A stretch of 64,000 bases of DNA from Paragordius varius (taxonomy: Eukaryota > Animalia > Nematomorpha), in assembly GCA_964247055.1 (NCBI GenBank), contig OZ176050.1, positions 2,852,001 to 2,916,000 on the forward strand. The letters run 5' to 3'. Of the stretch, positions 12,973 through 27,900 are shown one piece after another. The translations under genes were made by a program, and so were the position numbers. The stretch's first letter is position 1. Each line of letters opens with the position of its first letter. The notes under the pieces are model-generated. The model saw only the letters and a program-made list of their open reading frames with translations, ran no database searches and was not told where the DNA came from.

Positions 12973-15900
12973 TCAACTTTCAAAACGCTTTCTCAAATCT
13001 GCAAATGTGATTGATAATGCATTTTTCATTGTGTCGTTTCGTTCATCTTGATTATTTTTATTCACAATTATGTGATTATTGATAAAAAGGTTATTTTCAC
13101 AATTAATTGGTCCAATATTATCTGGGTCGTTTATATTATTATGTGGAGATAGTAAAGTGCTTATAAAATTATTTTCAAAGGCATCGTCAGTATTTGCGCC
13201 CTTTGGAGTAGTTGTTAGAACCTGGGGTAAAGGTTCATCGAAAATTGGGTGGAAATTTGTTGCAGCTTTAGATTTTTCCATTATAGGGGGAGGATGACCT
13301 AGTAATTTAATTAGTAAAAACTCACAAATTTAATATGGTAATTTTTTTATTAAAAATTTAATTACCGTTTTGAGTTTCGAATGATGGACTATGTTCATCG
13401 TTTGTAATGTTATTTGGTAATGAATTACAGATTTTGTTGTTTTTTAGTTCCTCGGATACATTTTGAGCAAATGTGCATGTAGGACTAGATTGAACATTTC
13501 TGTTAACAACCAATTTTTCTTGGGGCGTTGCTTTAAGCTTAAAGTTGTTATTAATTTCTGACTCAACAACAACTGAATGCCAAACAGAATGAGATTTTTC
13601 GGAAACTACAGTCGAGTTCATGTGATGTTCCTTATTAATTTGGTTTGTGTAAGAAGTTTTTAGATTCGTATTGTATGATTGATGTAATTCAATTGAAGGC
13701 TGTTTGTTAGCTAATACATCATTAGGGTCCATGAAAGAATTGGCAAAATTATTAAGCATTTTCCTTCCCTTATGCCGTAAAGATTTGAAACTAAGTGTTG
13801 AAGTGTTGAAATCATTTATTTCCGCATGGTTTGGTGAAAAGAAAGGAGAACTTTGTATAATGTTGGATGGAAGAAAATTATTAGTTATATTATTATCAGC
13901 CAAATGACTTAAACCATATTGTTTGCGACTCTCTTTTCTGATAAAATAAATATGATAAAACAAATTTTTCATTTATATAAAACCAAATTTTTGACTTTAA
14001 AAATGAGCAGAAAAATAAATACTTGAAACGTTGTCCATCACATTTTTCATTTAATTTATGATTGATAAAAAGAGAAATCCTATCAGCTAATTTAGGATTT
14101 ATAGTTGGTGCAATGCTTAATTCATCCAATTCATCAGTGAGGTTTTTGGTAAAAATCATGCTGGAACCATCTGAATTATGTGTAACACAGTCAGAAAAAC
14201 GTTTTTGTGCAAGTGTTTTAAGAGATACTGCACTTTCATAGTATGATGTGGAAGCGTATGTTTTGAAAAAAAGGTAACGCAGAGTATTTGTAGCTGGATC
14301 TGATATACTCTAATAAAAGGTGATATATATGAAGTTACATACTACAAGTTAATTATTTAAATAATTCATGAAAATAATCATATAATTATCGAATCCGATT
14401 AAAATTTTAGAAATTAACGTAAAAATGTGTATCGCCTTAAACAAACACATTAGCAATATTAGTTAATAATATAGCATCAACCCCTAATTGGTAAATAGTT
14501 TGAAAAAACTTTTTATGTAATAATTAATATATATATTTCATTAAAATATTACTTCAACGTTTCCATAATTTTCGAAGATGTGTTGTTTGTGTTTAATCAA
14601 ACATTGTTCCATTCTAACATGGAACTCCTGTAAGCTTTCATGGCATTTAACACCGTGAATTACAAGTCCCATTTCCAACAGTGGAATCTAATATAAAAAG
14701 TTATTCTTGTAATTGTAAAGGTGATAAAAATTGATTATATATTGGTTGGCTTATTAATTTTTCGCATAAAATTATAAGGGTACTTTATTAAAAGCCTTTT
14801 TTAAATCAAGGATGATAAGGTTTTTAAGAAAATTAAAGTTGAATGTCTCGGAAGGAATTTTGAGGAAGATAATTTTGCTTGAACTTGAAACAATTCAAAT
14901 CGACTAATGTTAGTTTAGAAACTTTTATACCGATATTTTTCTGCAGATATGAAAAATGTACATTTTCTGTCGAAAACAATTGAAGAAATTAAGACTTCAC
15001 ATGAAGGAAAAAAAACATACTTAAAATAACCTATAAATATTATAAGGTAAATGTGCTATCAATCATTTTTTACCTCACAAGTGAAAATGGGATACAAACA
15101 TAAAAAGTACCGGCAAACTCAGCAAATAATTAATTTTGAATGTTTTACAAGGAAAATCAACCAATTAAAAAAATTACCTAAATCAACCTAAATAGTCATC
15201 GTCAATCCTGATGAAAAAAAACAAAAAATTATCGTTTTTGGGAAAATACCATCAGTAATAACACTTGCCTCAATACAAAAGGCCTAATTGATATAATTGG
15301 TATCAGTCACACAAATAGAAACGGCTTATAAACTGGGTGGTATCAACATATAAATCCTCTAGATCTTCGCAACCTTATAGAAATAAAGCCAATCAATTAC
15401 GATCATCTTTCTCATATATTAACGACAACAATAAAAAAATCGATCGACAACGAAAGAACTCAACATGATAAAAAGAGATTGTTATGTGAAAAAATTGAAT
15501 ATTCCACACTAGTTTGACATCAAATTTGCAATCCAAAACGTATTTAGAAATTGTGAAAGAATTATACCACAGACTTAATGGTCAACCTGATCACCAGCAT
15601 GATATAATTAAAAGAAACTCCTAACACTCATTTAATTTATAAATTTTACTTGGGACACTATCAATTGCTTAAGGTTAAGAACTAATGTGGTATCTTCCGG
15701 ATTTTCTTCCAAATACTTGTCATTAAGAAAGGCCTATAAGATGGATAAATATTGATGATTTAATAAAATCAATGTTATACACCATTTATTTTTACTCATT
15801 TTCTACATGAAAAGCGTCAAATTTACAAATAATCAAACTTCTTTGTAAAAGTTAGATCTTTATATTTAATATTTAGCAGTTTTTCAATATTTTTTTCTCA

Positions 15901-18900
15901 AATCAAATAAAGATAAAACACTCCAAAAAACCTTTTCATAATTTGAGATACCGCCCATAACTGCCGGATCAACTATGCCATTTAGTAAAAGGCTAAGCGT
16001 ATTAACTGAAGAGTTTGCAAAATTATCACTCAATATTCCTGACGTCATACGCCTTGGGACAGAATTTCTATTAAAACTTTGATTTTCTCGTGGATTTGTC
16101 CCAGGCGAACACTTATTAACATTATTATTTAAACTACTATTATTATTAATTCCGGGCAGATTTTTTGTATGATCGCTATGTAAAAGAGAGGACAACTGTT
16201 TTTCAATAGATTCGTTTGAAAGGGTTATCAAGCTATTATTTGATTGATATGTTGGTAATAGATGTTGTTTAATGGCCGATTTGAGTTTCCTATTCGTTTC
16301 TTCCATAGTTTCAATGGCATTTTGCAGAGGACTAATATTTATCTATTTATGCATAGTATATATTATGATAATTACTGAATAAAAAGGGCGAATACGAAAT
16401 TTCCGTCCAAAAATCTGCAATTTATATTTAATATAATAAAGTTTATACGATTTGGCCAGTAATATATATGTATATAAAAACTGACACAGTGTTTTACACG
16501 TAAATAAACGGCAATAAAGGAACGTATTTTTATGTTTGGTTTTTACCGTATCTCCCCACTGTATTCCAAAAATAAACCATTTTTACAAATTAAAAAAACA
16601 TATATAAATCCTTACCACAAAAGTATCCAGGATAGGGACTAATTTTAACATTGAGGGCAGAGGGAATTGAGCATGAATAATGGTTTTTTCCACCCATATG
16701 TCCTAAATAAGAAATTACACTTCGAAATATATTTGCTTAAAATATTGTACTAAATAAAGCTTTTCAGTGCAATTTTTTACCGCAAATTCGTTTCCGTGGT
16801 TAGATTGGGAATTGTTAGTTTTCTTGGAAGGGAGGGGCCTTGTGTACTCAAAATCTTTGATTCCATTGTATTTATAATAGCTATGAATATAAATTAAAAT
16901 TTCATATATAATTTGTTAAACAATTTTCCAATAAGTTATTTACGAGCTAATTTGATCGGATACAAGGATGGTGGTGTCGAATTCTTTACAGTGTTCATTT
17001 ATGGGTGATATTTTATTAATTTGGATAACTATAAAATATAATAAACTCAATTAAAAAACTTTTTTTGTTGGAATGTTCAGAATACCCCTTCTCATCATCA
17101 TCAACATCATCAAATTTTGGTATTGATTGAATGTCAGGTAAATTAATTATCTATAAAATCCATGAATGACACATTTATTAAATAATTTCATGAATTTTAA
17201 AAATAATTTAAACTTAAAATATAAACTTGTGCATCTGGATGCATTTCCTTCATTCGCTGTATAAATTCGGCTATTCGTTCAAAAGCATTACCTCGGTAAA
17301 CAAATTCTTTATTCTGCAATATAAAAAAATTTAAAATTAATGTTTTTCCAATATTTGTAGGAAAAATTGCAGTTGTATTCATATATGGTGAAAAACTAGT
17401 TTGCAACTCGTGGATAAGCCCATTACATATAAAAAAATAGTATTATATTTAAATTGTAAAAATAAATTTAAATAAAAGAAAAAAAATGTCTTCTGCTATC
17501 GTAGTGCCCAAACCAAATGTTTTTTGATTCCAAAAAGTAATAGTTTCAGTTTTACAAACGGTTTCCCTTCCAATTAGCATTGGGGAAAAAATAAATTTCA
17601 TACCCTATATTTGGGTGGAAATTCGATTCCTATAAAGGCCACCCTGTAATATTCTATTTCGGGCCTGACTTGAGTCATTACACAGTTATATAGGACGGAA
17701 ATTAGTTCGTGCCAACGACATATTTGTCCATAATTAAATGTGGTAGAATTTGTGTAAAAGGCTATGATTTCATTGCATATAGCGATCGCAGGTTCCCATA
17801 ATTTAGCTCTTGCAAAATATTCAATGGCACATTTGTAATGTTTAATCTTGTCACATTCATCTACCGTCGTAATTAGATTAATTTAAATGTCAAAAAAATT
17901 ATATAAAAAAATAAATGCTAAATAACCTTTTAAATTCCATTCAAGGAGGTCGGCTTTCCGTTTATATACGTAACCAATTTCACCCCAATCTTTATTAGTA
18001 TAATGGATATGTGATAGTAAATCAAGATATTGTTGATAAATATCCCAATCTCCTATCAATCGAAAATATTCGGCCAAATTCCAAACAATGAACGTCTGAA
18101 AATCAATCTGATGCATTGAAGCGGGTAAAATGTTTGAATCTAGCAAAGATTCCTTAATTAAACGCCGTGATCCAGGGATCAGGTTAAATTTAGAACTGTT
18201 AACACAACGGAAATGATGTAGTAATTGGATTAAATCCAAACAATGCTTAGAGAAAGTGTTTAAAAATGTGGAAGTCTCTGTTTCCGAGGCGAATGAGGCA
18301 AAAAACGAGGAGAAATCTACTGAGAATGTCTGTAAATTGTCCAGTGACAAGTTGGTATTATTAAATATAATTATCAAATTATGCAAAATTGTATCACGGA
18401 ATGATGTATCAATATTTGAGATTCTGTGTAAGGATTGTCGTACAAAGAGATTATTGGTAATGTCATGTGAGCTTGAAGGTGGAAAATCAACACATCCGGT
18501 GTTTTGCACAGTGTTTAAAATATGGAATAAGCGAGATGTGTTCAGCCCGCTATACCGTTTTTGGTCTAAATCTGACACGATATCCCTAAGTAAAGCTAAC
18601 ATTTGCATTCGCGTATCTTTCAGAACACAACTAATGATAAATGAAAGCAAATGCTGCATCAACCTCTCATCCAGGATATAAAATATTTTAAGGGTATGAG
18701 GTATTGATCTCCAAAAAGTCATAATTTCTTCTATAAGCCCTAATTTAGTTTGAGTAGTATCAAATGGATTTGAATCTAAACTAATCCAATCTGTATAAAA
18801 TTTACTATGAGTATCAACCATATCCTGCAAACAAATAAGTTGCATATGCATAAACATAGTATTTAAGCGGAAACAATATTTTTCATATAGGGCAATCATG

Positions 18901-21900
18901 TTTAAGAATTTCCAAACACTATCCGGACTATGAGTGGAGTCATCATCGTATGAACATACCAAATATTGCGTGATTGGAGTTTGATATAATTGAGACGTCC
19001 GTCGAATATATTTTAAAACTTTACTAACAATTTCATGGACATGGAGCCTTAATGCAAGCCATGTGGGAGGATAGAAATACGGTTTTGAAGTTTTGGGCAA
19101 GTCTTCATTCACTAACTCTGATAACATAGGAAAACAATAATGAGAAATAAAAAATGATAATATTTGATATTGTACATCGAAGACTGTCACTAATTGAACG
19201 CCATACAAATTATCATCGTCTCTATTGTTAATTTGTTGGGTTATGCATTGTAATCCCTCTTCAAACATTTCATAATTTATAGTTTCAAATATTACGAATA
19301 TAATGGTATTATAAGATTGATAAAGTTTGAAATTATGAATTCTATTTTCCAAATATGGTATACAAACCAATAGCGTTATGTGGTCAAAGAGGAAAAACCA
19401 AAAAGGGTCTTTTGTGCCCGAAAAATGTTTTGAAGGATAGCATAATACCATTTTTATAATATTAGCATTGATTGTTTCATACACGGTCAAAAGTTCAAAC
19501 ATATTCGTTAACAGTACAATAAAAGTATCCCCATTTTTAAAGAATGTATCTTCATTAAAAATGGGAGTGCCTTTTATGGTACAGTATGAATTGTTCAAGA
19601 GATATGTAATAAACGGTAAAAGTTGACGGTCCCACAACACAAGAAATATATCGATATCCATTATATGGCGAAGACTCTTTAAAATACCGATTAAGCATTC
19701 AATTCTTTGGGTCTTGAAAGCACTAAAAGGTAAATTGCACAGAATATCAATTATGAGCGTAAATAGGTGAGATGGTTTTGACACAAGCTGATTGAAGTGT
19801 ATTGATGCAGGCACCAAATATTTTAATATGCCGGCTTGGATAAGTGATGCTTTGGCATGACAAGTTTTGATGGTTTCGTTATTAGCAGCGTTAGAGTTAG
19901 TGTGCACCGAAAAATCGACATTGCTAAAATTAGCATTAGAAGATGTAACTGAGTTTTGCTCCTCCCGTCCACTATCATTGGAAAGAGATAGGTTAGTCCC
20001 TGAATTCGTCTCTAAATCAAAAACTGTTGGAAGACTAATTTTATTTTCTGCCGAAAAGTCGCTAGAAAAATGATTTAAAGAATGATTTTCGTTATCGTAA
20101 CCAATAAGCATAAAATCGGTGGCTAATTTTAACAAACATGTTATATCGTTCTCATAATCTTGTAGATCAAACTTTTTCCCGTTAGGATCCAATAAGGCGT
20201 AGTGATCAATGGATTTAATGGAAAAAAGAACTAAAAATTCACTAACTTTTAGTATTTTTAGCAAAATTTCATGGGAAAGTGTAAGTGAACATTTATAATA
20301 TTTGTGTAAGGAATCGTTGATGAATGAGATATTGTTATTATTTGATTTCAACGATTCTAAGGAAATATGCTGAATATTAATGGTTTCATACTGCGACACG
20401 GATCTTTGTAAAGTGTTTAATGGTTTTGGAAATTTGTTATAGAAAACATGTCCTAAATGTAAGTAGGTGCAAAGCAACTTCAGAATTTTTCGATGAATCA
20501 ATGTTGAGCTAAAACTTCCCATAAGATAATTGTCAATTACATTTTTGTAATGAGAATATTTTCGGTCTGTAACGACGCCCAAGACTGATACCAAAGCTTC
20601 AAAAACAAGAAAATCCATTTCATCAAGCTCGTTATATTGTGGTTTTGCCGCATATATTAGTCTGTATATAAATATAAATACATTATTGATAAAATTCAAT
20701 GTTAAATGGCAAGTGAAACGTCAAATATATTTTTGCAATAAATTCATTTGTTTTATCATAAAAATAAACATTATTAATTTACTCATTATCTTTTTGTTGT
20801 TCCACGTTTTCAATGCAATCATAAATTGTAGCTGACAAAGAATTATCCATATCTATATCATCATTAGTAGGTTTGTAATCATCACATATTGGGCGCTTAA
20901 CAACAAGTATGGCAAATAGGGCATCCATTATATCTGGGAGATATTTGACAATTTCATTTGCTTCAATTTTTGGCACATTTTTGAGGATGTCCTGTAAAAT
21001 AATTGGATCCCTACACTCATTCCATGACAATAAACGGAGCAATATTTCTAAATTTTATTTAGCATACAAATATAAACACTTTTATTTAGTTTATTTGAAA
21101 CTTTAAATAATGGTATTAAGATATCCTAGTCATATTGGTACTAAATAAATGCCAAAATAAATTATAAGCTTTTCGGCTTACCGTTCTGCGTTAATTTTGT
21201 CGAGAAAAGAGCTGATTTTACAATGAATGAATCTTTCAAAGAAGCCGCTAATCCAAATTGTTTTTCCAATTCCTCGGTGGTTTCTAATTTTGTTTGCATA
21301 AATTAACTTCAAATTTTATATATGGATATTAGAGCAACAAACCACTTAATCCTAACCTTTTATCTACATTATCATAAAACTGCCATATTAACTAAAAAAA
21401 TTTAAGTAATTATATTGTAGAGATTTTATAATTTAATATAATCTGTAAAACATAAAAGTAAGAATATTTATATAAAGCGTAACAAACTTTCCATATTCAT
21501 AGCAAAAGATGTTGGATCAATCTTTTGTTTAGGCTTAACCGCTGATTTTTTCCATGATAAATTATTTATGCTTTTTTTCTTAGGCCTATCAACCATTTTT
21601 ACAGAGTTGGAAACGCCAAAACTCTTCATAAGAAAATCTTTTGAGGGCGATTTTTTTATGTTAACATGCTTAATCCCCGTGTTATTTGATTTTGGTGAAA
21701 AACTGTCCGAAACATCACAATCCTGAACCTCAAGTTTGGTGTAAGGTAATTTTAAAAAATCTTGACAATACTGTGAACCAATCCACTTTTTGACATCAAT
21801 CTACAGCGCATTAAATTAATTTAAATTTTCATGTTTGATACAACTTTATTTAATATTGCAACAATAAAAAAAATATACTATTCTGTAGACTAAGAGATGA

Positions 21901-24900
21901 TGGTGGCCATTAGTCAGGGCAGTATATGTATTTGGCCCAATCAATGGTAAATAAGAGAGGGCAAATGGAGTTTCACTCTTATCTTTAGCTAAAAAAACAC
22001 ATTAAGGTACAATTTATAATATTAATGATTTTTAGAAAAACACCACCTTACAAGGCTTATTTTTGCCAATTTTTCTATTTTCATATCCTATTGATATTAA
22101 AATGTGGTGTATAAACTCTTTACAGTGGTAAAAGAGCATAAATAAATGATAATTTTGACGTTATAATTATGGGAATTAAACACAATAATGATTGTGAATT
22201 TAATTTAACGAAACCTATTAACGAAACGGGAAAAAAAAGGTTAAGTTAAAAGATATGATGGAACAAAACTTGACGCGATTAATAAAAAGAAAAAAAAATC
22301 AATAAGTAGGAAGATTATAATTGAAGAAATAACATTAGAGACGGTGTGTTCATTCATATTTTTAAAAAAGTTCCTTTTTAATGTTTAAAAGATGTTGTTG
22401 TGGTATTGAAAGTGTATTATAGCGATTAAAGTAGACTTCATTGTGTTTCAAATAGGCAATTAAAGTAAAGATTATGGGAAAAAAATAATTAGGTGGAAAA
22501 CACAATAACATCCCAACATCATCTTATCACCTTAAATGTTGAAAGGTTATAAAATAATTTCATCCTTGGATAACAAAACAATAAAAAACAATAATATAAC
22601 TTTTTTGAGACTACAGATAATTGCGCATCCATATAGTTAGATATGCATGTTTCAAAAAAAGGAAATCCTGTTTTAGTTTGAATTTTTAACAGACGATTGT
22701 TTGATAATTAAACACCACTATCCTAATTATTCGCTAGTTAAGGATGGCTTATCTTTTACGCTTTACGGAAATTAAAGAAGGGGGTCGAAGAGCAATTACT
22801 AATGCATTAGATGAAGGTCAAAATGAAACATCTTCATCTTATCGTAACAAATGTGGCCTATTTCTCATAAGCCTTTCCTCCAAAATTTTACGGGAAGGGA
22901 GAGGTATGGGTGCCAAATCTACGACACCCAATCTCTATTCCAGATCCATTTTCTATGGAAATCACAAATGGTCAATTACGTTTTCCTTAAAGTATAGAAA
23001 GGCAGCGAGTACCGCCGAAACTAGAAAATCATCTATCGTAGAATCAAAAACCACCACAGAGTCTAATGTGGTATCTGAAGCGAGCTCAGACGAATACTTG
23101 GCATGTTATCTAACGTGGCGAAACGAAAATCAGGGTCAAATGACATGCGTTTTGGACATGGTTATAACCTTAATCCATCCCTACCATTACAGCAATAATG
23201 TAAGACTTGAAATTTATAATTGTGAATTCAATGCACAAAAATTATCGTACGGAACGAATCGCTTCGTTAGCCTTGAACAATTAATCAATTTCCTGCCATC
23301 CAGTGCAATAAATTTTGAGGGCTGGGCCGGTGACAGTAAAAGCAATAACCTATACCAAAATGATAACGATTCGATTGCCGGTGCTTTTTTAATTACCCAA
23401 CGCAATTTGTTGGATACAACCAATGAAAATAATTTTTTTATTCAACTTGAATTGCGACACATACGTACCTACTATGAACAAACGTTTACCCTCAAAGATT
23501 TCCTATTCAATTTCAACCGAGATGAAAAGTTTGCCGTAAAAGGAATAGATGGTAATGCAACAAAGCAATCGGAAAGAGATGATGACAATTTGGATAAAAA
23601 ACATTATAGACATTTACCCAAACTCCCTTTGATGGGAAAAAAGGCACCGATAACACAGGAAACATCCATCATATCCAAATTTATTATCTTACCCAGACCT
23701 GAATTGGAAAAAAGTTTTAAAAAGAAAAATATTGCAAGAGGCAAAATTACTGATACTCTACGCAACGATCAACAATATGGACAGAATGATACGGACAAAG
23801 GAGCTATAAATAAAACTCTACGCGTAGAAAAAGGTCCTTTTGATTACAAAAGCTTGAACATACTAAAACCGATTCCACAACCCATCGTTAAGAACGAAAG
23901 TATGCTTGAAAATGTTGAGCGTACACAACAGGGTGCATTTTTCAATTATGGGAAATTTGAATGGAATATAGTTGTTTTACCCATTATAGAAATCGTTTCC
24001 GATGAACATGAAAATTTAGAAAAAAAGCCACAAGCAAATGATCCACGAGAACTTAATGGCAGCGTACGCAAACGTAGTATTACGGATAAATTACTACTAA
24101 CAGGTATTGGTAGTGTTTTTGGTGCTAAAACAACCGACAATACAAAGGATAACACTGAAACCATAGAGCCTCAACGGAATTCATCCGTAAAAGAAATTAT
24201 ATTTTTTGAGGGCCTAATTTTGGGTCGCAAGAAGCTTGGTAAATCTCGCATAAAATATTTTTATGTGCTCAAAGGGTTTCGCATCTTTTTTAATCGACAC
24301 ACTCACGTTGAACAAGAATGCCATTTGGAATATAGAGTAACTCTTATTCCATACCCTGAAATGCGTAAAGTTAAAATAGAGGAAAAAGAGGAGAGACCAG
24401 CCAAAAATTCCTTAATTATACCAGAAATAATTGAACCCTTGGAGAGTGGCGCATTGCCCATAATTAATTCGGAATCAGGAGATGACTCCATCAAAAAGGA
24501 GAAAGAGAAAAAAGATGATTCCAACAACAACAACATGTTAAGTGCCGATTGGCTCGACAATTTTTTGAAGAAAAGATCATCATCAACTTACGCAAGTTCA
24601 CCACTATTCCCTAAAGTTAAACTTCACAGATCGGAAGAGGAAATAAACAAGGTAGATAACAGTGGTGTTTCCGTTAAAAGAGTATCCATGTTACGTTCAC
24701 CATTCAGGTCAAGGAGTAGAATGATGTCACAAATCACAATGCCTGATGCCACGAGCGAAAATGAGGATATAAAATTAATCCCAAAACCACCTGACTGGTT
24801 AATGATGGCCCATTGTAGCAAATTACTAAGTAATCGATCTACGAGTAATCAAATGTTTACGGTACATGAGAAACAGGATGAATGGCACAATTTTAGGCAC

Positions 24901-27900
24901 AAAATATTTACACCGCTAGATTTTAAGCAAAATTATGTTGATACCAATTCTATACTGTTTGACAAAAACATTTTACCACCCAATCTCTATTTCAATGCAC
25001 GGAACAAAAATGGTGATGATGAGGGTGGACCAACTGAACGAGCATACTTGCTTATAAATAATAAGGTTGAACCAGAATGGCCCCCGGATGAACCAAATAA
25101 TGATGGGAATGAGGATGTGGATGCCGTGTTTGGTAGCCAAAAAAATAATTTAGATATGTCCGTTAATATGAAACAATACAAAATTTATCGGCCATCACAC
25201 ATACCCATTTTCCCAAATCTGCGGGAAAGTAAACGATCACGCAAATCAACTATGGTGAGCCAAGGTATACAAGGCCAAGATGGTGCTAATGAATCATCAC
25301 TAGGTGCTCCCCCTGCTGAGAAAAACAATGAATTTGAAATGAAGATAGTTGTGTACATTGAATTGTTGGATATATGTAATGTGACACATTTACAGCCTAC
25401 GGTAGAGTTGGGAAAATATACGTTGGAAAACTTTTATGAACCAACCACATCAACGATGGATGAGGAGCAAATAGCTTGGGCCCTTGAGGTAGGTAGTCGA
25501 TCAGGGTATCTCAATATGGCGCTATATTATTCGGATCTCATTAACATACCTCGGAATCATTTAAGGTACATAGCATGGGAGATACAGTTGATTGCAAACC
25601 CAAACAAACTGGCAACACAGGCCGAGACCGAAGTGACAAATTCAAAAACGCGAGATAAAAGTCCAAAAGTGCTTTCAAGAAAAAATTCTAGCAGTCATGA
25701 AAAGGATGAACCAAATTTTAAATCAAAGTTACCCAAATCTGCCCATAAAATCTTGAAGGAATTGGTCAGAACGGGAACAATCGATCTCACTGATAAAATA
25801 GCGAAAATGGATAAAAATTTGGTTAAAAAGAATGAAACAAAAATTAAATCACCCTATTACGATGAAAATAATCCGCCACTCTTGATTAAAGATGTGGGAA
25901 TTGTTAAAACAAACAATCCCTATATGCAAATCGATAAGGAAATTTTATATTCCACACCGCAATCCCAAAAGTATATGAAATATTATGTGCAACAAACAAC
26001 GAACACAGACACGGGTACTATAATGCGAACCCCATATCTAATTTCTGAGGTAAAATTAATCATATACTTTTTTTCTTTTTTTGTGATAAATGAACGCGGA
26101 CATAAAGTGTTTCAAAAACAAAATATTACTTTTAAAAATATCTATGTAAGCAATGTAAAAAATATTATTATTTTTCAGATATTGGATCCTAAATGTCCAT
26201 TCCTATGGGACAAAAATCAATTAAATATCAGGTTAGAATGGAAGGATAACATACTTCTCTCACAAAATAACTATTCGCAAATGGATGAATTGGTATGGAG
26301 ACAATACACGTATATGAGGTTAAACTTTTAATTATAATATTGTTGAAGGTTATTGATTATTAATATTAGAAAAAATATGACTATGTTTATGTTATATTGT
26401 TTAGAAATGAGTTGTTAGCCCTACGCAAGGATAATTTCATGTTAGAAAAGGAAATGGTAAATTATCAAAAAGCAATATCACTTTTAAGCAATAAAAAATA
26501 ATGTATAACGTATTTACAACTTATTTTTACCTGTATTGTATTTAGCATATAAATATGGCAATAAGTTTAAATTTTACATTAATCGTAGAGGATATAATAT
26601 GTAGGTATATATCAAATAAATATTTTCATGCAATATATATATATATATATATATATATAGATATGCATATATATGTACCATAAAAAGAATGTCTTAGGAC
26701 AAACGTAAAGCGCAAATGACATTCATGAAATAATTCTACAGGCAGCGATAACTATATATTAGAGTAAAAATATTAATTAGCGTACATCATATAAAACACA
26801 TTACACATATTAAAACGGGCAAAATATCGGGGGGAAAAACAATTTGTAATAATTTAATAGCAATCAAAACGCAAAAGAATGCATAAAAAACGGTAAAGTA
26901 AGATAAACTTTAAAGGATTCATCCCACTTCGGTTTATCATCGTGATACACAACACATGATTTAAAAGTCGTGACCAATGCGTTAGGCTCATTTGATATTC
27001 CCTTGCAAATCATATTCTGGCAGAGAAGATAAATAAAAAAGCAAAATAAAAAAATACTTTTTTACCAAAAAAGCTTTAAAGTTTAATAATTTTTGTAAAA
27101 ATATGCATAAGTATTTATAACAACGATAATAAACTTATTTTGGCCGAAAACAGGACAACTTTTAATTAATCTTCAAAACATGGGAAAAATAAATGTGAAC
27201 AAATTTAAAATATAAATTGGCGGTATTGTGTTTTATTTGTAGTCAAATTTATTTTTAGACAATGAGCATGATAAATTTAATAATATATGAAAATTCTCCT
27301 TAAAATAAGTAAAGCGCAAAAAATTATATTAGAATAATATAAATAATTTATTTTGGTTTAAATATATCGAATTTTTTATGTAAATCTCAATATACATTTT
27401 TACTATAATAATCAATTTATGATGGTTTAAAACCCTAAACAGCAATCTTATCAACAATTTTAAGAACTAATAACGATAATACCATCAAAGTTGTTTTTTA
27501 CTTATATTAAAGCTTAACTAGTCGTTGTTAACATATAATTGTAAGAAGCGAAAGTTATTGTATTAATTTGTAATTAGCAATAATTAAATTACATTTCTAA
27601 TAAATTTAAATATTTTTGAATTTACAATTCCAATTTATCGTAATTTATGTATTAAATTATAAAAACTTTCATAACTTACGCCTTATATACCTATATGAAA
27701 GGTGATAACAAACATTAAAGATGTCTTGTTTTAATTTGGGTTATACCGTCTTTTATTTAAGCGTGTGACGATATAACAGCTATAAAAGCGGTTTAAGAAT
27801 ATTTTTTACGATTCTCAATTAATATATTGTAGCAATAAAATTAAATATTTTTGATTGGTTGTATAAATTTGAAAATGTAAAATATTTTTTACTCTACACG

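Noticed and set aside
22030-22250. Minus-strand NYHLFMLFYHC as the missing DOCK DHR-1 exon, which would imply TAA read-through or a variant genetic code
   Set aside because: It needs four in-frame TAAs. The better exon is 26679-26751 (HLRFTF) with correct phase, and other genes here terminate at TAA, so the standard code holds.
18256-25181. Antisense ORFs overlapping the large DOCK and MATH exons
   Set aside because: They are shadow frames of real coding exons with no independent motifs.
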